Shown here in pieces: positions 11,018 to 22,766 of a stretch of 64,000 bases of DNA. The DNA is from Elsinoe ampelina (lineage: Eukaryota). Made by a program: the position numbers and the translations under genes. Numbering within the stretch: the stretch's first letter is position 1; every line of letters starts with the position of its first letter. The stretch covers positions 1,268,885 to 1,332,884 of the forward strand of contig ML992504.1 in NCBI GenBank assembly GCA_010093995.1, in the 5' to 3' direction. The notes beneath the pieces are model-generated. The model ran no database searches. It was not told the DNA's origin and saw only the letters and a program-made list of their open reading frames with translations.

Positions 11018-12746
11018 ATGTCTGCATCTTCTTATGAGGAAAAGGCCGAACGCGGCGGTACCCCAGACGACAAGACCTACGACAACTCTCGGCAGAGTAT
11101 TTCTGTGGTGACAAGAGAGGGGCAGATCGTCAATGCATCTGGGCACAAGGATCAGCTGAAGAGACAGTATGGTCTGCTCAGTGTTTGCGGTCTTGCCCTG
11201 ACGATTGATAATGCTTGGGTTGCCTTGGGAGGATCTCTCACCGTGTCTATTCGTAAGGGCTTAGTACAACACGGCAGACAGGGCTGGATTGGCTGACCTG
11301 TGTAACAGTCAATGGTGGACCACCAGGTATCCTCTACGAGTTCTTGACGGCATGCTTCTACTACTGCTTCATCGCGGCGTCGGTTGCTGAGCTTGCCTCT
11401 TCCATTCCTTCTTCAGGAGGTGTCTACCACTGGGCTTCGATCACACCAGGCAGGAAATGGGGTAGGACCATTGGGTACTTTGCTGGGTGGCTCAACTTCT
11501 TTGGCTGGATCTTTGACCTTGCCTCGATTGTCAGTATTCCGGCAAACGTACTGGTCGAGTTCTATCGCATCTACCACCCGGAGCTGGAAGTTCAGGCCTG
11601 GCACACATATGTTGCATTCCTTGGTGTGACATGGTTCGGCTGCGCTATCTGCATCTTCGCCAACAGGATCATTCCATTCATTGAGAAGTTTGGCCTTTTC
11701 CTCATCGTAAGTCGGACAGTACTGGAGAAAAAAACGTGGAAGCTAACCTCGCTAGATTGGTGGTGGTATCGCTACTATTGCTGTAGTTGCTGCAGTGCCA
11801 GACACACATGCGTCCAGCTCGTTCGTCTGGAAAGACTTTGTCAACCAGACTGGATGGCCGAACGGAGTCGCCTTCCTGACGGGTGTCTTGAACGGTGCCT
11901 TCGCCATTGGTACAGTCGACAGCGTCACCCATCTGGCTGAGGAGCTGCCCAACCCACGTGTCGACTTGCCCAAGGCCATTGGCGCTCAGATGATCCTGGG
12001 TACCTTTACTGGTTTCGTGTACGCGATCGCCATTCTCTACGCCATTACTGATTTGGACGCTGTCATCGGCTCTCCTGGCGCTTTCCCCTTATCCGAGGTC
12101 TATGCTCAGGCCACTGGATCAACTGGCGGCACCTTTGGTCTTCTCCTCATTGTTTTCCTCTCAATCATGATCTGTGTCATTGGCACCTTCTTGACCTGCG
12201 GCCGCATGTGGTGGTCTCTCGCCCGCGACAACGCGACTCCCCTTCCTCGTCTGTTCTCGAGTGTCAACGAGGGCCTTTCTTGCCCTATCCCGGCGACCGT
12301 TTTCTGTGCTCTGCTGGTTTCTGGATTCGGCGCCATTGCTCTTGGCTCCAAGGTCGCCTTTGCTGATTTGGTCGGATCTTTCATCATCCTCACCTCGATC
12401 AGTTTCCTGTTTGCCATTATTCCCAACATGGTCACTGGACGCAAGAATGTGCCCAAGGGTTGGTTCTGGATGGGCCGCTGGGGTATGCTCGTCAATGGTC
12501 TGGCTGTCGTGTTTACTATCTTCTTCAACATCATGTACTGCTTCCGTAAGTCTTGTCCAGTCTGCTTGGTATATCGAGTTCTAATAACAAACAGCTTACG
12601 CCATGCCGGTGACGCCCGACCTGATGAACTACAACAGCGTCATTCTGGTCGGCTGCTTTGCACTGTCTTTGATCTGGTGGGTTGTGCATGCCCGGAAGAA
12701 TTATCCTGGGCCTCTTATTGGCAGCATGGATATCAAGGGCCAATAG
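11018..12746 (+). CDS. APC-superfamily amino acid/choline/GABA/polyamine permease; 4 exons
   Basis: NASGHKDQLKRQYGLLS, AELASSIPSSGGVYHWAS, HLAEELPNPRVDLPKA, RMWWSLARDNATP. Three canonical introns. Confidence 0.92.
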
Positions 12747-13503
12747 AGGGATGGCTAGGGCAGCACAGTTTCAGCTGTCATTGCTTGACTGTCCAAATGT
12801 ACATAGATCAAGCCAATTGGCCATAAATTACATGTCATTCTTTCCTTGCGCATCTTATCGTCTTGTCCCGGAGTTGGCTATCTGTTGCATTGAAGTTGGC
12901 TGGAGATGTGCCGTGTGCCATCACGCCGTTTTGTGGCTGCCTCAGGCGACAGAATTCTGGAGATGAAACATGCGGAGTTCGATGCACGACATGAGCCAAA
13001 TTATGTCCTGCCGCAATTAATTGATCAGCTTACATTTTTTTTGCCAGCGAGTTTCAGGCCAAATCCCTTGTGATCACCTTCCAACGTCATGTTACTTTTT
13101 CCTTGCTTATCTCCAATCACTGTGCTGGGAAAACACAACATGTCCTGTCGAGTTGCTTTCCGAACTCCGTGCCCCAGGATCAGGGCAGGGCAGGGTTGAT
13201 CTCTGTTCGCTGTAGCCGTACAGTTTGTCGCATCCTCGTCTGATTGCAACATCACAAACGACATCTGTGCTTTATGCTGGTGCCTTGCCGCATTTGCTTT
13301 TCCCACTACCAACCACTCCTCCTTAATTCTGCAGCCTGCATCATTTCAAACTCAATTCCGATGTTTCTGTTTCTTATATGTGTCCTCCTTTTGGCAATGT
13401 AATAGCATGTTTTGGCCTCAGGACTACAGTACAGCTTGATTCTCTTGTTTAGCGATTCCAGTTTATGATACCCATACGGCGATACTCGTCCTCATCCTCG
13501 ACA

Positions 13504-15238
13504 ATGGCAGTCGAGCAAGACTCTTACCCTGGCTATCTGGCTCGCGGTCGGTCACAATCAATAGATTCAATCACATCGCAACAATCCATACCGAAGAAAC
13601 ACAATGAGCGGACACCCCTGCTGTCCAAACGACCATCACATGATGTCGGCGAGGTCACAGAGATCCGGCGATCCACATCGTCGACACTCAGTCCACGATC
13701 TATCATCACTCTCATCATGGTTGTGGTGATGATATTCTCGCTGGGAGACCAGATCTCGGACACGCCCATGAAGCGAATTTTCGAAAGCATCTACTGCTAC
13801 GAGTACTGGGAGGAGCATGACCCCAGCAAGCTTCTGATCGGCAGAGATCTCATCGGTCCAGGAGCAGTTGGTGGAGTCGACGAGAAGTGGTGCAAGGTGG
13901 CGGCTGTGCAGTCTCAAGTTGCAACCTTGAGAGGCTGGCAAATCTTCTTTGATGGCATACCAGCTCTACTCGTCGCCATTCCCTTTGGCATCCTGGCAGA
14001 TCGCATTGGTCGCAAGCCGATTGTGTGGCTCGGCATCTTCTCGTTCCTGCTCCGTATCAGCTGGCAGCAGTTTATCTGTAAGTCTCACCTACCCTTGCGT
14101 CGTATATATGGCTGATCTCTCCACAGGCTGGTTCTGGCAATCACTCAATCTCCGCCTAATCTGGCTCTCCTCCTTCCACGGCATGATATCCGGCTCCTCC
14201 CCCGTCGTCTCCGCCATCGCCATCACCATCGTCTCAGACGTGACCGACGATTCCACCCGCTCCATCTGCTTCCTCTGCGTCTCCGCCTCCAACATGGTCA
14301 TGTCCTTCATCGGCCCGCCCCTCGGCGCCTGGCTCATGACCTACAATCCCTGGATCCCCTTCTTCCTCACCTCCATCATCTACATCCTCACCCTCATCCT
14401 CTTCTCCTTCTGCCCGGAAACCCTCAACTACTCCCACCCCACCCTCCGCACGTCCGCCCGCGACCTCGCCACCCTCGACACCCTCGCCGCCCCATCCACC
14501 ATCCCCGAACCCCACCCCGCAAGTATCACCACCTCCTTCCCCTCCCGCCTCGCCACCCTGACCCGCTCCTTCCTCTCCTCCACCACCTTCCTCCGCACCG
14601 ACCCCCGCATCGCCCTCTGCCTCCTCCCCTTCGTCGCCATCATGATCAGCCAAGGCACATGCGAACTCCTCCTCCAATACGCCAGCACCCGCTTCGACAT
14701 CTCCTACGCCGTCGCAACCTTCTACATCTCCATCACCGCAGGCGTCAAAGTCGTCGTCCTCCTCGCCATCTACCCCGCGTTGGGCGCATGGATGACGACC
14801 CGTCTCTCCTTCTCAGGACTACGCAAGGACCTCCTCCTCGCGCGTTGGGCCATGCTGCTGGCTTGTCTAGGGTGGACCCTCACCGGCTTCTCCACCAGCA
14901 TCGCGACGTTCATCGCGGCCGAACTCCTCGTCACGCTCAGCTACGGCGGCACGAGTCTCGCCCGCAGCTTCGTCACGGGGATCGTCAAGAGGGACGACGT
15001 CGCGAAACTGTACACTTGTATTTCGGTGGTGGATACCGTGGCGTTGATGGGTGGTGCGCCGGCTATGGCCGGGTTGTGGGAGTGGGGTGTGGACGCGGGA
15101 GGCGAGGTGTGGATGGGGTTGCCGTTTTGGGTGCAGGGTGGGGTTTATGCGTTGGTTGCGGGGGGGATGTGGGGGGTTGGGGTGAGGAAGGGGGAGGAGG
15201 GGGTGGAGGAGGAGGAGGAGGGGGAGGGGAGGTGTTAG
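13504..15238 (+). CDS. MFS transporter (SLC46-like, probably vacuolar); 2 exons
   Basis: MFS motif A GILADRIGRK, about 12 hydrophobic segments, N-terminal ERTPLL, and an intron at ~14078-14127 (GTAAGT...GCTGAT...ACAG). Confidence 0.88.
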
Positions 15239-15656
15239 AGGTGGAAGGGGGAAACGTTCGGTAGGGATGGGAAGAAGGAGGGGTGTATTACAGTTGACGA
15301 ATTTTGTTGGTCTGGCAACATGGAGGCAGCATAGCGTGGTGAAACGCTGCGGATGAGATGACAGTAGAACTCGCCTGTCAGAAACTTCCCGTCATTTTTG
15401 CTGTCACGATTAGAGTCGATCTACCAATACCCAGCTCTGGCAAAAGTGCATCACGTACGGTGACAGATACTCGCGCTGTGTCCTGTGAGGAAACACAGGC
15501 ATCCCCGTGCACCTCGAGTATATCTTTCGACTACGCTTCACAGCTGGCAACAATACCTGGTAATGGTAGTAATAGTATTACATTCAGTCAAAGCGTACTA
15601 CTCCAACGCTCCCCTCATTATCCAACCCCCCACTCCAACCCTCATCCATCACCCCC

Positions 15657-17563
15657 TCAACCCGTCACACTCCTCCCCCTGCTCCCAGACCTACTCCCCT
15701 CCCTCCTCAAAACCTCAATAACCCCTTTCCCCCTCCCCTTCCTCTCCTTCATCTCCTCCTTGGTATCAATAAACCGATGCACCTCCCTGTGATCCAACAC
15801 CCTCTCCTCGGAATCATTCCTCCCCTCCTTGTCCGTCTTCGGCCATGCATACCCATAAAGCTTACTATGCCTCTCGCACCGCGGACAGTTTGCGCGCGTC
15901 AGGTACGCGTCGTCTTGCACAAAGACGTCGTCGCAGTTGCGGCAGGAGATCCAGCGGGAGTAGATGGTCGGGAGTAGGATGGGGGTGAGAGTGTAGTCGC
16001 CGGGGCGGCGGCGGAGGGGTTTGTCGGTGTCCGAGGAGGGGGAGGAGGAGTCCGAGTCGGACGAGTCGGACGGGGAGAGGTCGGTGGTGGCGAAGGATTC
16101 GATGCTGGGGAGGGCGGGGAAGGAGGATTTGTTGCGGAGGGATTGCCGGGTGGGGGCGAGGCCGCGGCGACGTTTGCGGATGATGCGCTGGTTGGTGTCG
16201 TCGAATTCGCAGTTGGAGGAGAGGCTGGTGAGAGTTGATTCTGCGTCTGAGGTGGTCTCGACTTTGATGTTATCGGCTAGGTCTGAGATTGATGTGGCAT
16301 CGGTGCTGTTTGAGGGTGCTTGAGAGTTTGATAATAATGAAGCGGCAGGCGAGAGTGACCTGGCTTCTGTGGATGAGGTTGAAAGCAGGTCTCGATTGCG
16401 ATGAAGCTTGGAATAAGTGCGTGGTGGTTTCTTCGCTTTCGGGGAAGACCAGAGTGGATGCATCTCGCCCGAGGCTGCAGAAGGTGCCGTGTTTGCGCTT
16501 TTCCGTGCTGAAGACGCAGGACTCTTTGGTGTGATCTTAGCATCTTGAGAGAGTCGCTTGCGCTTGTGAGGTGCCGGCGATGATGATGCCGAGGAAGTCG
16601 GGATAGGCGAATGCGTCTCCATGTCAAACATAAACTTCCGCTTCCTGCGAAGCGAGTACGAGTCCGGCGTGCCTGCTCCCTCGGAAGGTGTTGAGTCCGA
16701 GGCTGGCTCCTCTGCTTCTTCTTGATTTCGCTTGCGCTTGCGACTCCAACCATTACGGCGAAGACTCTCACAGGTGGCGCAAAGGCACTCGCAATTGTCC
16801 TCGCCAAAGTAGTCGTCTCCGTACGTGACAGTGATCTCCTCCCCGACCTCAATCGTGCGAACACTAACAATCTGCATACCATGCGGTCCGATAGTGGACA
16901 GACGCGCGTTCGCATTACAGTCGTGGTTGGCGAACCGAGCAGGTCCTAAAAATAGTGATGGCGTCTTCTTCCTGCTCGACATAACAATGCTAAAATCCTG
17001 GTTCCGCAAGTCCAGATCTTGTTCTTCCTTTTTAGTCATGGCAACTTGAATGCCATTGAGATATTTGATGACTTCGCCCTTTTTGATTTCCTTCCTGGCG
17101 ATTGCAGATGCTTCATGTGTAGTAATAGTGTATCTGTTGGTGGTACAGACCTCGAACGGGCAGTCCGGCATGTAGATGCGGGTGTATTTGCTCAGGTGTC
17201 GTTGAAAATGCTCCTTCTCGTCCTTTGTCTTGAGTGATTGCGAGTACTTTTTGAGTGCGGGTAGTTCCAGTAATTTTTGCACTGCGGTGACGGGATCCTT
17301 CTCCAAAACAACGTGATCCTGAAGAATGCGACAAACGTCCTCTTCCCTCACTCCGCGGGCTGGATGGTAGGATGGTCGGAGTTTGCGGATGGTGGTCCAG
17401 AAGTATACCTGGCATGGTCAGCAGGAATGGGGTGTGGTTCGAGGACTTCACATACTCTGTCCACCAGTGCATCAGTCAATCGATCATCGTAGTCGACCAG
17501 CTGAGACAGCGTCAAGCCCCCCTTTTTGGCCAGCGCATCCTCCAAAGCGACCGCCTTGGGCAT
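15657..17563 (-). CDS. SET9: Histone H4K20 methyltransferase Set9; 2 exons
   Basis: DDRLTDALVDR|VYFWTTIRK, SET motifs LFLGPARFANHDC and GEEITVTYG, post-SET CECLCATC, C-terminal CRNC...CPRCERHSKLYG. Confidence 0.95.
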
Positions 17564-18078
17564 TGATGTTGTTGAACGCTCGAGAATTATGCAGAAGAGA
17601 CAGGCGACCTTGTCAAAGCATGCAAGTGAAATTGTAATCCAGATATGTGAGGCCGGGATTGGGAAACAGATCGTGTGAGGATTACGCGAGATGTGAAGTC
17701 CAGATGCGACGCGGTCAAGGAGGACCAATGTAGGAAGGAAGGACTTTATGAGAAGATAATGCAAACGCTGGAAACACCACAAATGTCGCGACTTATTGGT
17801 AGGCTTTTATTGTCCATGTCGAAAGCAAGAGGAAGGAGCCCAAGGGGCGGGCAAGAGGAATGATGTATGCGCGGTGCAGGCTTGCGGGCATTGTCTAGCG
17901 CGTGCTTTTCGGGTCTGGTTCGTTTGGCCTGCAGGACACGATCGGCGGATCGGAGCCGCCGCGCCGGGATCTGCTCTGCCAATTGTCGGTCTTTTTGGAG
18001 GACTTCACGTGGTTGATTGTACGACGATAATACTTCTCAGGCAATTATAATCCAGTATTGCGGACAGGAGGCGGCATT

Positions 18079-18684
18079 ATGATTCAGCTCAAGGTACGAC
18101 CAGCATGTACACACGTTCTGGACTGGCTGTGTGCGACGCTACGGCGCATACAACCTTGCAGCAGAGCGTCCCGCATGACCATGGCTAACACAACGATAGA
18201 GCTTGCTGAATGTCATTGACAACTCTGGAGCAGCGATAGCAGAATGTACGAACACATCAACAAGCTTCAGAGGTCGAGTCTGACAACCTACAGGCATCCA
18301 AGTCCTCAAAATGAAGCGGGCAGCCAAGATTGGTGACAGGATTATTGTGGTCGTCAAGAAGCAACGAAATTTCGGATCAGAGTCGGGACAAAGTGTGTCA
18401 GTCAGTGCAGCGAACAAGGTCAAGAGAGGAGATGTCAGACACGCGGTTGTGGTACGGACAGCGAAAAAGTACCAGCGCAAGGATGGAAGTGTGGTCAAGT
18501 TCGACGACAACGCCTGCGTCTTGATCAACAAGGGAGGGGAACCGATTGGGTCAAGAATGAATGGTGAGGGTGACGCCACTCGATTTAGTGATATAGCAGA
18601 CTGACACGGACAGGTATCGTTGGAAGGGAGTTGCAGGACAAGAAGTGGTCAAAGATTCTGTCTCTGGCACCAATGCACATTTGA
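18079..18684 (+). CDS. MRPL38: Mitochondrial ribosomal protein uL14m; 4 exons
   Basis: [16 protein letters not shown]...[11 protein letters not shown]...[10 protein letters not shown]...[10 protein letters not shown]. Canonical introns. Confidence 0.93.
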
Positions 18685-19005
18685 TACCCATGGCACCCAG
18701 TCGCACAACTGTTTCTTGCATAGCACTGGCGTTTGGGTTCAAAATAGCAGAAAGTGTGCATAGCACCTTGTCACGATAGATGTACAACAAAGATAGCAGA
18801 AGACCGCCTAGAAGGGCTCAGCAGATCTCACGGATCGAAGCTGTTCAGCATAGCAATAAAGACATTGGCCATCATCGTATATTTCTTGTTGGTATCTGTC
18901 ATAGAGCGCCACTCCCCACTAGCCCACCATGCCATGACTCCGCGCTGTGTCGAAAACAGACTTTTCCCAAATCCCGAAATGCAAACAACAGGAAGGGTAT
19001 CGTAA

Positions 19006-19799
19006 TCATCGTTCCTTGATTGGCGACCAGACGTGGCCACATTCGCAGCAGACATAGAAGAGTCGCTGTGAACCGCGTCAGAACGAGCCGTATGGTCCGC
19101 AAGTATTCAACTCACCATTCCAGTCTCGGCAGTACGTTGCTGACTCTGAAAGAAGACGGCATCGCGAGCTCCGCACCGTTGGTTTGGGCATTCTCGATCG
19201 ACATGAGGCAGCTGCAAACAACCGCGTCAGCACATGTTCAAGCCATGCACCAACCACTCAAAAGCCAAAACAGATATTTCCCAAAACTCAAGCGGGCATG
19301 TCATCCTCATCATCCTCATCCATGATCTCTTGGTCCGCCTCCTGCTCGTACCTACCGTCGACGACCTCGTCCTCAATAACCTCGAGGTACTGGCCGCCGT
19401 CGGTAGGGTCGCCGCAGGTGGGACACAAGATCTCTTGACCACAGAAGGTGCAGAAGCCGGGGATGATGGGATCAGGATCGGAAGTGTCACCCACCGTTGG
19501 ATCCGAAGCTACGTCCTGTGTGACGCCAGATGTTTCGCCGACGGTGTTGGAGAGCTCGTTGCGGTAGATGCACACGGGGCCTACTTCTTCCGAGAACTGG
19601 CAGTTGCGGCACTGGAATGTGAGTGTACCAAGGGTCTTGTCTTCGCGAGGGTATAGCATGTTCGCGCTGTGATCAACTCAGCGTGTGTCCTGCTCTTTGT
19701 GTGGACGAATGCCTACCATTCTTTGCAGAAGCGGAACTCGATCTTCTTCTGTTTCTGGTCGTCCGCCACGTCGTCTTTTGGTGAGTCGTAAGCAGACAT
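19006..19799 (-). CDS. RPB9: RNA polymerase II subunit Rpb9; 4 exons (intron 2 = 19494-19212)
   Basis: FRFCKEC-ANMLYPRED...CRNC (N-ribbon), QDVASDPT|LPHVDRECPNQRC...AVFFQSQQRTAETGM|RLFYVCCECGH (C-ribbon). Confidence 0.95.
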
Positions 19800-20070
19800 G
19801 ATGGGATTGTCGGTTTGATATCTAGATTGGTGGCGTATGCGTTTGCGCGAAGAGGCGTGAGATTTTGTGAATGCGCGGAATGAAGTCGACATATCGCAGA
19901 GCCGGAAGAGCGGGCCGAAGTCTGCAGTCGCCGTGGTTGCTCGGTGAGAAAAGGCCAAGGCTCAAGTTTTAGCAGGTCATGCGCGAGATCCGGCCTCGTT
20001 CTTTCCTCTTTCCAGCTGCCTTCACGTGCTTCAACATTCACCACATAATTTCTGCATCACTATTACAAAA

Positions 20071-20931
20071 ATGGTGAGTGTGTTCCGTGTATTTGAATTG
20101 AGGATATCAAGCATAGAGTCGACAGTGGCGGCGCATGTGGAGAGGCCCTCCAGCTCTTTGCATTTCTCCCCGCACTCGTCCAGGATCCAAAATCCGGGGC
20201 ATCCATCTTCATCGACCTCATCTCTCTCCTCAGACTATTCATTAGCAATGACGTCGACAATGGTAGCGTCGCTGACACGTGGCAGGCGACAGGTCTACCT
20301 TCAGGATGGGAAGTCCGTCACTCCAACTCCAAAAATCTCCCGTACTACTTCAACGCCAACACCAAGGAGAGCAGGTGGGAGCCTCCTTCCGGAACCGACA
20401 GCGAAGCCTTGAAAATGTACATGGGCACATATCACAGCTCAGCGAATATTCGTTCCGACGGGGCGGGCGCTCATGAGGGAAAGATCAGGGCTTCACATTT
20501 GCTAGTCAAGCATCGCGACTCGAGGAGGCCTTCGAGCTGGCGCGAGGCCAAAATCACTCGCTCAAAGGATGAGGCAATGAGCATCATTCTCGGTCATGAG
20601 ACACGCATCAGGAGTGGGACAACAAGTTTGGGCGATCTTGCTACCACCGAGTCCGATTGCAGCTCATCTAGGAAGAGAGGTGATTTGTAAGTTTGCCGAC
20701 TTCGGACCCACTATTCATGCTCGGTGCTAATATATCGTCTGCAGGGGGTTCTTCGGCAAGGGAGACATGCAGAAGGAGTTTGAGGAGGCTGCTTTTGCTC
20801 TGAAGCCGGGTGAGGTCAGCCACGTCGTCGAGACAGCCTCTGGTCTGCATCTCATTGAACGGTAAATTCCTCCATCTAATTTGCTTATCTTAGACGCATG
20901 TGCTGATACCCCGATGAATAGACTCGAGTAA
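20071..20931 (+). CDS. ESS1: Parvulin peptidyl-prolyl isomerase Ess1/Pin1; 4 exons, first coding exon is ATG only
   Basis: WW domain [22 protein letters not shown]. PPIase motifs [55 protein letters not shown]. Confidence 0.95.
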
Positions 20932-21611
20932 GATGGAAACAAAGGAACGATCATGAGCTTCGCGATCAAAGCACAAAGACCGACTCTTCAGAGCGTTTCC
21001 TTTGTCTCTCATTATACCATACCTCGAACCTTTCAACGAGTGGGATACCCGGGACATACATCGAGTTCAAGGATGGGCCTTGTCGAAGTTGTATTGCATG
21101 GCTCAGAAAAAGTCCAGAAAAGGCCGATTTGAATAATGCTATGCAGTAAACGACTACTTTCCTTCTTGCCATTCTTCTTATCTCCTAGTCAAGCCGCTGA
21201 TTCGTCTGGACAAGCAAACGTTGATCTTAGGTTGGTGTGTTAAGACCACAAGATCCTCATCGCCAGACTACGTGAAAGACTCTGGAAGCCCCCATTACCA
21301 CTATCACATGTCAGCGTACACGATGCTGGACAAATTACAAACAACGTCGACGTGCTTCTAATCACTTCCAGCGCGGTGAAGACGAGTCATGGCCACGTCG
21401 CTGCCAGCGCACTTTTCAGCCTCATATCCGCGCGTTCCTTGGCGTACCCACGACTTGGAACACCATCCCATCCACTCCTTCCTCCAAATTCACCTTCATT
21501 CTCACATGACTTCCTGATCAATACTACCTGCATCCACCGCTTCCTACGTCCGCGGATAGCCCCCTCAGACTACACGCCAATCTACAGATCATTCATCACC
21601 ACGCCCCAGAC

Positions 21612-22766
21612 ATGTCGACCGCCAATTTCTGTCAGAGCCCCAAAGCTCCACCAGCTCATCGCAGGCCTTCTGGTATCAGCTCTCCAGAGCAATTCAAAGC
21701 GGCCCTACTCGCTCCTAAGCCCGCTCACGAGCACAAACCAGCTCAGCTCTCTCATGCAAGAGACACCGATCCGGCGTACATCGACGAAAAGTACCTGACC
21801 AAGTATACGACTCTGCCACCAAACGCCCGCATTTATCTCATCAAGTATCTCTGTGATGCTGCGCAAAAGTTCGGAAAAACTGTAGCTATTGCCCAGACAG
21901 GACTCGACTATTTGATTGAACTGGAGAAAATCAGCATCGACATCGGTTGGCCAAGCGATCCCAATGAGCACGAACATGAGCTCGTTTCACCTGCCAACAA
22001 GAATGACGAAAGTACAATCGCACTGACTTCTCCAAGTCTTCCAGCTGCATTGGCCTCAGCCTACGACCCTGTGTCTTCAGCCGAACTCGACCGCGCAGTG
22101 GGAAAGCTCAAACTCAGCACTTCGGTCACTTCCTCGATGACCACCATTGGAGCATCCGACTCGTCTCCATACTCCCCAGAAAGCTCTATATCAAGTCCAC
22201 AACTCTCCACAGCGGCGACCAGTTTCGAGGGAGGTGCCACACCTATCGAAGACTGCCGCGACATTTATGCTGACGCTCATGATGGAGCGAACAAGGGGAA
22301 AGAGGTCTGCGTCGATGGCGTCCCATCCAGCCACACAGAAGAAGACAGCCGCAGCAGCAACATCTCTGGCGAACCTCACAACGCCAAACTCTGTGTTTCA
22401 CCTTGTTGCAACACCGGCGATACTCCTCTGAAGGACTCCAAGAATGACATTCCGCACGGAGTCAAATTCGACCAACTCGCTTGGGACCACTACGTCGCCA
22501 AGTACAAGGAGGAACTAAAAGCGTTCAAGAGGTTCGACTTTGTCCACATGGTGCACGCACACAGGTATTACTTCGTTGCCTTGAAGGAGTGGCAAATGGA
22601 CGGATACAGGCTTCCAGTCAACGTCCCCTTCTCGGAGAATTGGCCTCGTTACATGAACTCTCTGTTCAACAAGTATGACGAGATCGAGGACAAGATTCGC
22701 GAGATGAAGGTGCCTGATCTGGAGTCTACCATCGCATTGCGCAAAATTCTTGGCCTCCCAGTCTGA
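21612..22766 (+). CDS. Hypothetical protein (384 aa, Ser/Thr-rich centre)
   Basis: Long uninterrupted ORF with coding-like codon usage. No family recognised. Confidence 0.7.
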   Translation: MSTANFCQSPKAPPAHRRPSGISSPEQFKAALLAPKPAHEHKPAQLSHARDTDPAYIDEKYLTKYTTLPPNARIYLIKYLCDAAQKFGKTVAIAQTGLDYLIELEKISIDIGWPSDPNEHEHELVSPANKNDESTIALTSPSLPAALASAYDPVSSAELDRAVGKLKLSTSVTSSMTTIGASDSSPYSPESSISSPQLSTAATSFEGGATPIEDCRDIYADAHDGANKGKEVCVDGVPSSHTEEDSRSSNISGEPHNAKLCVSPCCNTGDTPLKDSKNDIPHGVKFDQLAWDHYVAKYKEELKAFKRFDFVHMVHAHRYYFVALKEWQMDGYRLPVNVPFSENWPRYMNSLFNKYDEIEDKIREMKVPDLESTIALRKILGLPV

